A stretch of 64,000 nucleotides of DNA, taken from positions 1-64,000 of the IMG/VR virus record IMGVR_UViG_3300031721_000685; one strand, given 5' to 3'. Every line of letters begins with the position of its first letter. Position 1 is the stretch's first letter. Below the pieces are notes generated by a model. It worked only from the letters and a program-made list of their open reading frames with translations. It was not told the origin of the DNA and made no database searches. The DNA comes from a virus. Positions 18,764 through 27,533 of this stretch are shown in pieces. A program made the position numbers and the translations under genes.

Positions 18764-19879
18764 CTACAACTTAATCTTAAATCCAACACGGGTTCCAGCA
18801 GCAGATGGACCACCATATGTTGATAATCTAAATTCTTTAAATAGAGGTAATTCGTCAACAATTTTTTTATTGATTTTTAATATATTATTTTTCGAATTTA
18901 CATTATATAATTCAAAAGTATCATTTGACCTATTGTGAATTACAAAATAGTCATCACCACCTTTTATAAAATGTGATAATATCATTTTATGAATTTTTAT
19001 CATTAATCCACTACTTGTAGTTTTAAGTGCAGATGGTAGTTTGCCAGATTTACCCACCCCCTTATCTCCAGCATATCCAATAGTAGGGTCAAGACTTTTA
19101 TAATATTCCATTATAGCATGAAATGCACCACCTTCATTACCACGTTTTTTACGAATTTTATTCCACTCATTACCTCCTTTTTTAAACACATTTGTAAGTT
19201 CTGAAACACTCTTAATATATAACTCAGATGTACTATCCAATTCTACCTTACCCGCTTCCGACTTTTTGTTTTGTTTTCTTCTTGCAGTAATATCAAAAAA
19301 AGTGATTTCATTTTTTCTAGCATTAGTTCCCTTAATCTCAAATTGAATTCTTTTTCCACCAATAGTCATAACCAAATCTGGTTTTGTTGAACCACTAGGT
19401 GCAACAGAGAATTCTGATTTAAATTCTATCCCTTCCTTCAAACACAGTTCTTTTATGTATGCAGCGCATTCTTCTTGAGTTTTTGTTCCAGCGGCAACTC
19501 TTTTTTGCCTCTTACCGCCCGGTTTTTCAACATGAGCTATCATGATATACCCATCAAAAGGTTTATCATAAGATTTTAATGATACCTTTGCAAACCATGA
19601 TCTTCCTATAAGTTTATGAAGAGTTGCTGGAGCAACAAACCAAACAGTAGTGTTTGCAGAAATTGTTTTAATTACTTCCCCATTTTTGTCAACTAAATCT
19701 GTTTGTTTTAATGTTGGAAACCCTTCTGGATATGCATAATCCTCACCAGCTACTGGTGGATAAATAGTTCTTTCTCCTGATTGGGGTTTATCACCTCCCA
19801 CTCCGTTAGGAAAATTAGCCGGCCCAAATGATGCTTCAGAGAGCGTGTTCTTATTAATAAACTGTTTTAATCCAAGCAT
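18764..19879 (-). CDS. PD-(D/E)XK nuclease-like protein
   Basis: KPDLVMTIGGKRIQFEIKG; MLGLKQFI...LSEA start; AT-rich. Confidence 0.55.
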   Translation of the reverse strand: MLGLKQFINKNTLSEASFGPANFPNGVGGDKPQSGERTIYPPVAGEDYAYPEGFPTLKQTDLVDKNGEVIKTISANTTVWFVAPATLHKLIGRSWFAKVSLKSYDKPFDGYIMIAHVEKPGGKRQKRVAAGTKTQEECAAYIKELCLKEGIEFKSEFSVAPSGSTKPDLVMTIGGKRIQFEIKGTNARKNEITFFDITARRKQNKKSEAGKVELDSTSELYIKSVSELTNVFKKGGNEWNKIRKKRGNEGGAFHAIMEYYKSLDPTIGYAGDKGVGKSGKLPSALKTTSSGLMIKIHKMILSHFIKGGDDYFVIHNRSNDTFELYNVNSKNNILKINKKIVDELPLFKEFRLSTYGGPSAAGTRVGFKIKL

Positions 19880-19916
19880 GGCATGTCCTTACAATTCTCA
19901 TTTCGCTCTGTTTCGT

Positions 19917-20150
19917 TTATTTATAAGAACATATCTCTTTGCCCACGGACTCTGCTTCTCGAAAAGTCTTACGAGAGAACAATGCGACCAGCTTATCATT
20001 CTTATAGACGAACGTATGAAAGACTTTTGGTTTAGACCATATCATCGTTTTGAAAGTTTGTACCCAATTTAGATCATATTTCTTCATCATCTCAGCATCT
20101 TTATACCATTTGAGATTGTATTTCGCTTGTTCGATTCTATATGTTTTCAT
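19917..20150 (-). CDS. Hypothetical protein
   Basis: 77-aa ORF, AAGGA RBS. Confidence 0.6.
   Translation of the reverse strand: MKTYRIEQAKYNLKWYKDAEMMKKYDLNWVQTFKTMIWSKPKVFHTFVYKNDKLVALFSRKTFREAESVGKEICSYK
19918..19925 (-). promoter_or_regulatory. T4-type late promoter
   Basis: TATAAATA 38 nt upstream of the 19879 start. Confidence 0.75.
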
Positions 20151-20314
20151 TGATTAATCCTTTCATATACTTCCTTGACCATGAAGTATGGCAAACCAGA
20201 GAGCCGTTCAGCAGTCTCTAACATATGCGATTCGTTGTATTCTTCACAACCAAATTCGAGGACTTTTGCCTCATCAATCGCTTCGACAGCAATTTCTTTT
20301 ACTGTTTTATTCAT
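20147..20314 (-). CDS. Small hypothetical protein (55 aa, absent from ORF track)
   Basis: MNKTVKEIAVEAIDEAKVLEFGCEEY...ERINQ; AAGGA RBS; ATGA overlap with the next gene. Confidence 0.6.
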   Translation of the reverse strand: MNKTVKEIAVEAIDEAKVLEFGCEEYNESHMLETAERLSGLPYFMVKEVYERINQ

Positions 20315-20316
20315 CT

Positions 20317-20583
20317 CTAAGATTCCTTATCTTCGCCTAACAAAATATTATTTTCGTTAGCAATCAGTTCTTCTTTAATATCATATATCGTTTCGTGTTT
20401 TATCATATTAATGATAGTATTGGTCAACGATACTTCCCGTTTAAGGTATCCAATTTTACGCTCTAACTCTGAAAGTTCTTTAAGGTAGTAATCGAGTTCT
20501 TGTTCTTTACGCAACTTTTGTTCGATGAAATCGCTCATTAGTATAATGCGTTGTTCTTCGCTCACCATATTAATCCTTTTCAT
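20317..20583 (-). CDS. Hypothetical coiled-coil protein
   Basis: 88-aa ORF below a promoter. Confidence 0.65.
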   Translation of the reverse strand: MKRINMVSEEQRIILMSDFIEQKLRKEQELDYYLKELSELERKIGYLKREVSLTNTIINMIKHETIYDIKEELIANENNILLGEDKES

Positions 20584-20600
20584 TTCACTCTTATGAGTAT

Positions 20601-20629
20601 AGTATAGTATATTTAATATCGTTTGTAAA
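20601..20629 (-). promoter_or_regulatory. Sigma70-like promoter
   Basis: TTTACA-17bp-TATACT. Confidence 0.65.
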
Positions 20630-20640
20630 GACTTTTTTTA

Positions 20641-20648
20641 TATAAATA
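20641..20648 (+). promoter_or_regulatory. T4-type late promoter of the plus-strand operon
   Basis: TATAAATA about 40 nt before the first ATG. Confidence 0.75.
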
Positions 20649-20688
20649 GTCGAATGACATAATGTTAAATTATATTAGGATTGATGAT

Positions 20689-21234
20689 ATGAATAGATTT
20701 ATCATTGCTTTGTTCGCTTTGATTTTCGCATCTACGAGCGTTTATGCTCAAACAGAAGACAAAATAACGACTGATAATACCAGTAAGATCGACTCTAAGA
20801 CTACGGTCACGTCTCCGCCACCGTCTGCTATCTCTCCTACTATCAATTCATCTAACTCTGATTTGTGTACAATCGGTGTAGCGGGAGCAGTGCAGACTCA
20901 GATTCTAGGTCTCTCTGCTGGTAAGACTGTGCGTGATATGAACTGCGAAAAACTGAAGAATGCTAAGACGCTATATGATATGGGTATGAAAGTTGCAGCA
21001 GTGTCTGTGATGTGTCAAGACAAACGTGTTTTTGATGCTATGATGCACGCCGGAACACCTTGTCCATATGATGGCTTGATTGGCGCTGAAGCTAAAGCAG
21101 GCTGGCAAAATGATGAAGAAAAAGCACCGAAAGAAGAAAATACAGTTAGGAGTGTAATGGATGATGATAGCACGATTACCCTTATTGGTGGCGGCATTGT
21201 TCTTGGTTTGCTTACCATTCTCAGCATACTCTGA
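20689..21234 (+). CDS. Exported 4-Cys protein with C-terminal TM anchor
   Basis: Signal peptide ending VYA-Q; four Cys; hydrophobic C-terminus. Confidence 0.75.
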   Translation: MNRFIIALFALIFASTSVYAQTEDKITTDNTSKIDSKTTVTSPPPSAISPTINSSNSDLCTIGVAGAVQTQILGLSAGKTVRDMNCEKLKNAKTLYDMGMKVAAVSVMCQDKRVFDAMMHAGTPCPYDGLIGAEAKAGWQNDEEKAPKEENTVRSVMDDDSTITLIGGGIVLGLLTILSIL

Positions 21235-22015
21235 AACTAAATCTGCAACTTCAAGGAACGCAGCAGATAATGTGACAGTATGGGATATGGATCTGGTTCT
21301 ACCACCTGAAACTGGTCTAATCGTAAATCAAGTGCGTTACAATTATACAGTAAATAAAATCCGTGAAGATGCTTTCTCGGTGACAATTCAGAACAAAAGA
21401 GTTGGCGGTGGTGATAAGAATGTTTTTGAAAGCACTGATGATTGGTCTGGCGTAGAAGGTCAGACGATTGTCAAAAATCTAGCTGTCGCTAATATACCGA
21501 GAATACTCTGGGGCGAAGGCAGTCTCAATACAACGGGCGAAGGTGAAGTCGTAGATGCTAATGTTCGTTATAGCTATACGTTTGATAATTGTGTTAATCC
21601 ACTTACAAATCCATTATGTCCTCAACCGGTTGAAAATAGGGAATTACCACTGATTATAAATCCCTTTGACTCAGAAGAGGTGCAAAACGCTCTTGCACAA
21701 ACAGTTGATATTGAAGAAGATGATGAGCGCAAAGCCGATGAAGAAAATTCACTTGAAAATAAAGACAGAAGGCGACAACTAGCACGATCAAACAACCCCT
21801 TAATGACTAATGCTGCTCAACTTGCTGCATTATTTGAACAAATGGCTTTGGTTCCTAAGTTTGAAGAATATTATGCTGTCGAACTACAAGGCGGCACCTA
21901 TAAAGAAACTGTTGAATTAAAAGATGCTACATTACCTGACAATAGAAAAGCAATGAGAAGTTTATCTAAAGATCAGAAGTTTAATAAGATAATTAGGTCA
22001 CAATACGAAAAATAG
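21161..22015 (+). CDS. Exported protein
   Basis: Signal peptide ending AYS-E; beta-rich N-half; CVNPLTNPLCP. Confidence 0.75.
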   Translation: MMIARLPLLVAALFLVCLPFSAYSETKSATSRNAADNVTVWDMDLVLPPETGLIVNQVRYNYTVNKIREDAFSVTIQNKRVGGGDKNVFESTDDWSGVEGQTIVKNLAVANIPRILWGEGSLNTTGEGEVVDANVRYSYTFDNCVNPLTNPLCPQPVENRELPLIINPFDSEEVQNALAQTVDIEEDDERKADEENSLENKDRRRQLARSNNPLMTNAAQLAALFEQMALVPKFEEYYAVELQGGTYKETVELKDATLPDNRKAMRSLSKDQKFNKIIRSQYEK

Positions 22016-22028
22016 AGAGGATAAAAAT

Positions 22029-22547
22029 ATGCTCAATAAAGTTCAAATGAGATATTTTTTGTTATCGGCGGTTGCAGCAGTATTTGCAACGACTGCTTTG
22101 GCAAACGAAGACGCTCCCATCACAGGTACAGTAGAATCTAAATGCGTAATCTTCACCGAAACGCAAGGTATCTATGGCACTCCACTAGCTAGTAGGCTTT
22201 CTACTGCTGTGGCAGATGGTGGCGTACAACCAATCATTCGTTATGATGTAGCGCTTGCTGATGCATTTCTTGGAAAGATTACCTTTCCTAGCGCATTTTC
22301 AAGTTCTCCATCGCTATCTGATACTCAAACGTTTACGGGCAACGTAGAGGTTCACAGTGTATCTGATGCTTTGATGGCAGATTATGACACAGATAAAATT
22401 ACGTTTAACAACACTCACGAATATGATTTGACTATTGCTGGTACAGTACGATTCAAAATTTCTTCACAGGTCGACTACGGCGTCAGTAAAGCGTTTCCTG
22501 CTGGTACGTATACATCACTCGTAAATGCGGAGTGCATCGCAAAGTAA
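22029..22547 (+). CDS. Exported fimbrial/pilin-like protein
   Basis: Signal ALA-N; ITGTVESKC near the N-terminus and PAGTYTSLVNAEC at the C-terminus. Confidence 0.55.
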   Translation: MLNKVQMRYFLLSAVAAVFATTALANEDAPITGTVESKCVIFTETQGIYGTPLASRLSTAVADGGVQPIIRYDVALADAFLGKITFPSAFSSSPSLSDTQTFTGNVEVHSVSDALMADYDTDKITFNNTHEYDLTIAGTVRFKISSQVDYGVSKAFPAGTYTSLVNAECIAK

Positions 22548-22559
22548 GGTAGATATGTT

Positions 22560-22931
22560 ATGAAATATGTAGTTATAGCAGCAGCGCTATTGTTATCGTT
22601 TAGCGCTGCTGCTCATGAAATGACGCCAGCTTATATTAAAGTTAAACCTTCGGGCGTGCCCAATGTTTATCTCACCGAGATAAAAATGCTTAATAGAAGA
22701 AGTGATGTATCATACTATGAAATAACCGCCCATGATGCTGACTGGAAAAAATTACCCTTTGCTTCTTTTGAAAGGGTATTTAAACTTCCATACACAAAAA
22801 GAAAGACTATTAAGATATATTTTAAAAAGAAAACTGTAGACAAGCTTGTCTATGTATGTACGAAATCGAAGATAATTAAAGGAAAAGGAACGCTCGTCTC
22901 ATCTCGAATATGTTCTAAATTTAACCGATGA
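22560..22931 (+). CDS. Exported protein, pilus-chaperone-like N-terminus
   Basis: Signal AAA-H; HEMTPAYIKV...IKMLNRR...YYEI; C-terminal Cys pair. Confidence 0.45.
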   Translation: MKYVVIAAALLLSFSAAAHEMTPAYIKVKPSGVPNVYLTEIKMLNRRSDVSYYEITAHDADWKKLPFASFERVFKLPYTKRKTIKIYFKKKTVDKLVYVCTKSKIIKGKGTLVSSRICSKFNR

Positions 22932-23335
22932 AATATATTGCTTTTTTGATGATACTGTTGATGAGCACCTCGGCATATGCTCAATCAACTAGTTTGAATT
23001 TAAGTATTCCGAGCGCATCTAACTCGTTTGGAAGCGACAGATTTCGTGCAGGCGATCTAGACTGTCAGAACTCAATAGGTTCTGCTACAAACTTCGAATT
23101 TGGCGTCACTGGTGTACGAAAGGGAGAGAATACTAATCCTCTCAGTTCAAATTTTGGCAAATCGTCACCAGATGTAGGCGTATATGCTAGAATCGTGATA
23201 CCGCTAGGCGCAAGACCAAAGGCAAGAATTAACTGTGATACGCTATATCAATTAGAACTATCAAAGAAACGATTAGAAATTCTTAAACTTCAAAAAGAAC
23301 TCAGTGAACTGAAAGCATTGCAGTTTGAGAATTAG
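22928..23335 (+). CDS. Exported protein with amphipathic beta-hairpin and coiled-coil tail
   Basis: Signal AYA-Q; NFEFGVTG...VGVYARIVIPLG between two Cys. Confidence 0.7.
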   Translation: MKYIAFLMILLMSTSAYAQSTSLNLSIPSASNSFGSDRFRAGDLDCQNSIGSATNFEFGVTGVRKGENTNPLSSNFGKSSPDVGVYARIVIPLGARPKARINCDTLYQLELSKKRLEILKLQKELSELKALQFEN

Positions 23336-23344
23336 GAGAGCGTA

Positions 23345-23824
23345 ATGGCCGAAGTAGAAATTGCTGGAATAAACCTCAAAGGGGGCAAAATCATGGTCCT
23401 CTTTACAGTTCTATCTACTCTCGGTGGTGGGCTGTGGGGCGGCTTCGAGTTTTATTCAGACTATAGAGCGATGAAAGAAGTTGTTGAGAACATCGACATT
23501 CAGGAAATCAAAGCAGGCAATGCTCTTGTGATTACCAAGTTAGATGAAGCAATCGATTACACCAGAGATATTAAACAGGGACTCAAAGCCGATATCATTC
23601 GTACAGAGAAAATAACAGACGATACGAGCCGTCGTATGAAAGACCTTGAAAGAGGTATCGATGTTCGTATGAGAGAATTGTCAAAGCTTTCTCGTGAGTC
23701 TGAAAAGGATGTTAGAAATACAATGCGTGAAACAGAAGAACGCATAGACCTCAAGATGGAAAAGCTGGATACTAGTCTGAGAGAGTCGCTTCAAGAAGCA
23801 CTTGATAATCCTCTAACAAAATAA
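23345..23824 (+). CDS. Membrane-anchored coiled-coil protein
   Basis: N-terminal TM LSTLGGGLWGGF followed by a long coiled coil; AGGAG RBS. Confidence 0.75.
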   Translation: MAEVEIAGINLKGGKIMVLFTVLSTLGGGLWGGFEFYSDYRAMKEVVENIDIQEIKAGNALVITKLDEAIDYTRDIKQGLKADIIRTEKITDDTSRRMKDLERGIDVRMRELSKLSRESEKDVRNTMRETEERIDLKMEKLDTSLRESLQEALDNPLTK

Positions 23825-23830
23825 ACATTT

Positions 23831-24298
23831 CTAATTGACATATATTCCTTGACGATTAAAATTATTCATAATGAATTCTTTTGCTAATGGACCTTGCAAG
23901 GCATATGCTTCTGTTTCCCACGGCTCTTTTTTAGAGAATCTCCTGTATTTGCCATCCTTGCATCTCCAGCTATGAGTGCTTACCATACGTTTAGTTGCAT
24001 TTTGCATAACATGAACCATTTCATGACAAACGGTAGAAATGAATGCATCAACGCCATCATCAATCCCTTCTATAATTCCATCACGAGATAATCGATTATC
24101 TATTTCAATAACATATGATTTATAACCAACATCTTTATAGCAAAACCCATATGCATTCTCTTTTAAAGTGTTTCGGATTATGCATTGAATATTTAAATTT
24201 CGATGCCGTGATAATAATTTCTTAACACAAAAATCCATAACATTTTCAGCAAGAATTCGGTCTTCTTTGATGCCACCTCTTGTTTCTATAATAATCAT
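23831..24298 (-). CDS. HEXXH zinc metallopeptidase-like (SprT-like) protein
   Basis: CHEMVHVMQ and PWETEAY. Confidence 0.7.
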   Translation of the reverse strand: MIIIETRGGIKEDRILAENVMDFCVKKLLSRHRNLNIQCIIRNTLKENAYGFCYKDVGYKSYVIEIDNRLSRDGIIEGIDDGVDAFISTVCHEMVHVMQNATKRMVSTHSWRCKDGKYRRFSKKEPWETEAYALQGPLAKEFIMNNFNRQGIYVN

Positions 24299-24450
24299 CG
24301 TATTAACAGAAAGCAACACAACAAAAGAATAAGAATATAAACTATTTCTATAACCATCATTACTCCCACGGAAACTATAGAATACATACCTGTTGGAAAA
24401 TAAAGCTGATAGAATGAGCTATTAAGAAAGAGATTAATTAAATATTTCAT
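24295..24450 (-). CDS. Small hydrophobic protein, probably leaderless
   Basis: ATG 7 nt after TATAAT; ATGA overlap with the peptidase gene. Confidence 0.45.
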   Translation of the reverse strand: MKYLINLFLNSSFYQLYFPTGMYSIVSVGVMMVIEIVYILILLLCCFLLIR

Positions 24451-24457
24451 ATAAGCT

Positions 24458-24485
24458 ATTATACAGCATATGCGAGAAATGTCAA
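24458..24485 (-). promoter_or_regulatory. Sigma70-like promoter
   Basis: TTGACA-16bp-TATAAT, similar to 10407-10434. Confidence 0.75.
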
Positions 24486-24546
24486 CCCAAAACACGATAA
24501 AAATGAAAAATAATTCAAAAAAGTTTCGTTTTAAATACATTTTTTG

Positions 24547-24554
24547 TATAAATA
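24547..24554 (+). promoter_or_regulatory. T4-type late promoter
   Basis: TATAAATA with no convincing downstream CDS. Confidence 0.7.
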
Positions 24555-24559
24555 GAACA

Positions 24560-24720
24560 CTGGGTGCGTGTTAGTGTATTCAAAGGAGTACAAGAGGCAA
24601 GTGTTAGGATCATATCAATCCAAAGCAAGGAAAAGTCGAAGTCACACTAAGGTGTCGCTGGGGTTGCGTTCGACCACGCTGATAGGTAAATAAAACCGCT
24701 TCTTCGAGGCGGTTTTTTTT
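24560..24720 (+). ncRNA. Candidate structured late ncRNA (about 160 nt)
   Basis: Bounded by late promoter and terminator; nested helices GCGTG/CACGC, TGTATTC/GAGTACA, GGAT/ATCC, GTCGAA/TTCGAC, ACAC/GTGT. Confidence 0.6.
24692..24720. terminator. Bidirectional intrinsic terminator
   Basis: AAAACCGCTTC-TTC-GAGGCGGTTTTTTTT; serves gp41 (minus) and the ncRNA (plus). Confidence 0.85.
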
Positions 24721-24735
24721 GTCTTCAGCAAATGA

Positions 24736-26151
24736 CTACGCAAAACTAGCCTTCCATATATTCTTGCCAAACTTTTTAGAAAGGCTAGAGTCTTTCTCTT
24801 CTTCCTCCCATCGTTTACCAAACGGACTATTGCTCATAACAGGAGTATCATCTACGAGACCGTCTTGAGCAGATTGTTCTACGTTATAAAACCTCATTCT
24901 CGAACGGTCAATACCAACAACAAATCGTTTATGGTTATTTGGGTCAGCCCATCGATTTTTCAACTGTTTGAACATAATTTGACCAAGTTGCTCTAACTCT
25001 TCTGTAGCAATGAGAGCGATCATAAAATCAGCCGTTGCAGGTAGACCAAACGACTCAGAAGTATCTTCAAGACCAACATCTGAACTACTAAACCCAGAGC
25101 GAGTCGTTTGAGTAGCAGATACAATTGGAACATTAAATTCTACAGCAAGACCACGAAGTTCTTCGGCAATAGACTTGATTAGAGTATAAGAGTTCGCCAT
25201 AGCGTTTGCTTTTATGCGGCTACTTGTACAAATATTCAGATAGTCGATGTAGATGATATCTGGTGTAATATTCTTCTTGAGTTTTAATTCGTTTAGCAGA
25301 TGACGGAAATGGCCAGAGCCAGCAGATGCTGTTGGATATTCTTTTATAATCAACTTGCCTGTAGTTTTACTCTTCAGTCGATTGATTTTCTTTTCAAAAA
25401 CATCTTTAGGCATCATATGAATTTCGTCAATAGATGCGTCAAGTAGGTTTGCATCAATACGTTCAGCGATTCGTTCTTCGGCCATTTCCATTGTAATGTA
25501 CAATACGTTCTTGCCATGCATAAAATTACTAGCAGCAAAATGACACATTGCAAGTGATTTACCTACGCCTGTGCCAGCAAGAATGATATTGAGGGATTTA
25601 CGAGGAAGACCTCCCTTCGTGACTGTATTTAGTAGATCGATATCAAATTCAAGGCGGGCCTCTTTATGATGATAAAATTCATATCGCTCATCAACGTTCT
25701 CAAGAAAATCGTGACCTACGCTATTGTCAAAGGATACACCCAAAGCGTCTTGAAGTATCTTTGGTATAGACCCCTTGTCTAGGTTGTTGTCCTTCTGGTC
25801 TAAAACACCAATTGATGTTCTAATAGCATTGTATAGAGCCTTGTCTTGACAAAACGTTTCAGTCTTATCAAGCAACCAGTCTTCACTATTCTTCTCATCA
25901 TATGATAGTTCATCAACAGTTTTACATACCACATCGAGCTGTTCTTGGGATATGCTACGAGACTCTTCCAACGAAAAACGCAAAGCATCATTTGTTGGTA
26001 TAGAGTTGTAGTCTTTGATATAGGTATCAATCGTTCGATAGATTAGCTTGTGTTCTAAACTTTCGAAATACTCTTCTTCTAAAAACGGTAATACTTTCCT
26101 TGTGTATTCTTCATTATGTAATAGACTCCCTAGAATGAGAGATTCGATCAT
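24736..26151 (-). CDS. gp41: Replicative DNA helicase
   Basis: AGTGVGKS, IDYLNI, SATQTTR, SESFGLPATAD. Confidence 0.95.
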   Translation of the reverse strand: MIESLILGSLLHNEEYTRKVLPFLEEEYFESLEHKLIYRTIDTYIKDYNSIPTNDALRFSLEESRSISQEQLDVVCKTVDELSYDEKNSEDWLLDKTETFCQDKALYNAIRTSIGVLDQKDNNLDKGSIPKILQDALGVSFDNSVGHDFLENVDERYEFYHHKEARLEFDIDLLNTVTKGGLPRKSLNIILAGTGVGKSLAMCHFAASNFMHGKNVLYITMEMAEERIAERIDANLLDASIDEIHMMPKDVFEKKINRLKSKTTGKLIIKEYPTASAGSGHFRHLLNELKLKKNITPDIIYIDYLNICTSSRIKANAMANSYTLIKSIAEELRGLAVEFNVPIVSATQTTRSGFSSSDVGLEDTSESFGLPATADFMIALIATEELEQLGQIMFKQLKNRWADPNNHKRFVVGIDRSRMRFYNVEQSAQDGLVDDTPVMSNSPFGKRWEEEEKDSSLSKKFGKNIWKASFA

Positions 26152-26194
26152 GTATTTTTCCTCTATTTACGGCCATCCAGCAAAAACATTATCA

Positions 26195-27259
26195 CTACCC
26201 GTTTGCTTCAGCAAAAACATCCTCTTCTTCTGGTGCGAACATCGAGTTTTCTCCAATAGTGTAACGACTCTTAATATACTCTGAAAAGTCGGTGGTTGTA
26301 AACATATTTGTCCAAAATTTTCCATTATCTTGGATTTCTTTTGCTCGCATCTTGTCGCCAACGAGTTCGCCTGTTTCACGATCTACGAGTTGATACCAAC
26401 CGTTTGAAGGCTTCGCTAGATAGCTCGCTTCAAGAGCAAGAGCCATCAAACCAGACCACTTATTAATACCACCATTCCATGTAACTGAAATTGGAATCTT
26501 TGACTTCTCCTTGATGAATCGAGATTTTTCAATGTTAATGATGAAATTATAACCAGCAATATCAGTGCCATCTTTCTCTTGTTGGCGACCAATAATCCAA
26601 ATAGAATCTGCCGAGTAATAGATGCCTGTACCACCAGATACAACATCTTTAGAATACATTTCTTGCGTTTTGTAAGTATGATTAACAGCAATCAATGGAA
26701 TATCTTTGAGCGTAAGATGTGGTGTTACCATACGAAACAAAGACTTCATCTGCTTTGCACGAGACATATCTGCAACAGACTTGCCATCCATAGCGTCATC
26801 AACTTCTTTCTTAGATGCTAGATTGCCCACAGAATCGATGACGATACACACACGGTCACCTCTATCAATCCCGTCAAGTTGCTTCATAATATCAAACTTT
26901 AGTTGCTCAACATCCATAATAGGAGTATGAACAACACGATTCATATCAATATCAAAAGATTCGAAGTAGTTCTGTGGTGTGCCGAACTCAGAGTCATAGA
27001 ACAACACAACAGCATCATCATATTTCTTTAGATATGCACTCGCCATTAGTAGTGAGAATGCAGTTTTGAAGTGCTTAGATGGTCCTGCAAGCACCGTAAG
27101 CCCAGGCATCAATCCGCCATCAATCCGACCAGATAGTGCGACGTTAACCATAGGTACCTGTGTTGGCACCATTTCTTTCTTACCATATACTTTAGAGTTG
27201 GCAAGCGTAGCAGTAAGCTTAACTGTACTATTCTTAGTCAATTTATCAAGTAGGCTCAT
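26195..27259 (-). CDS. uvsX: RecA-like recombinase
   Basis: AGPSKHFKT, YDSEFG, DSVGNLAS, SGGTGIYYSA. Confidence 0.95.
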   Translation of the reverse strand: MSLLDKLTKNSTVKLTATLANSKVYGKKEMVPTQVPMVNVALSGRIDGGLMPGLTVLAGPSKHFKTAFSLLMASAYLKKYDDAVVLFYDSEFGTPQNYFESFDIDMNRVVHTPIMDVEQLKFDIMKQLDGIDRGDRVCIVIDSVGNLASKKEVDDAMDGKSVADMSRAKQMKSLFRMVTPHLTLKDIPLIAVNHTYKTQEMYSKDVVSGGTGIYYSADSIWIIGRQQEKDGTDIAGYNFIINIEKSRFIKEKSKIPISVTWNGGINKWSGLMALALEASYLAKPSNGWYQLVDRETGELVGDKMRAKEIQDNGKFWTNMFTTTDFSEYIKSRYTIGENSMFAPEEEDVFAEANG

Positions 27260-27262
27260 AAT

Positions 27263-27529
27263 TTATCCTTTGTAGATTTCTGTCAATTTATCTCGGAATT
27301 CTTCAATCTTATCTAGACGATTAGGCCAGAAGATATAACTCTTTTCTGGATTTGCTGCTAGATTATTAAGTAGTGGTAATACAGATGAGTATAGCGCATC
27401 TAGACGCTCTTGTATACCTAAAACCTCAAAGGAAGCAGAACTTTTTTCTTCTGCTAACTTTTGTACGACTTCAAGCTCATCTTCATCAACGGCCGTAAAT
27501 CCGAAGTCAAATGAATAATCTTCTACCAT
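27263..27529 (-). CDS. Conserved hypothetical protein
   Basis: FDFGFTAVDEDEL...PLLNNL..NPEK.YI.WPNR. Confidence 0.7.
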   Translation of the reverse strand: MVEDYSFDFGFTAVDEDELEVVQKLAEEKSSASFEVLGIQERLDALYSSVLPLLNNLAANPEKSYIFWPNRLDKIEEFRDKLTEIYKG

Positions 27530-27533
27530 CTAC

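Noticed and set aside
24451-24540. Upstream extension of ORF 24295-24540
   Set aside because: It runs through the promoter itself; the ATG at 24450 fits better
24625-24690. Hammerhead-like fragments (CUGAUAG, GAAA)
   Set aside because: The core is not CUGANGA and the stems do not assemble into hammerhead topology
24601-24693. 30-aa GTG ORF (MLGSYQSKARK...) inside the ncRNA candidate
   Set aside because: Weakly spaced RBS, no recognisable protein features, and the nested helices explain the sequence better; not fully excluded
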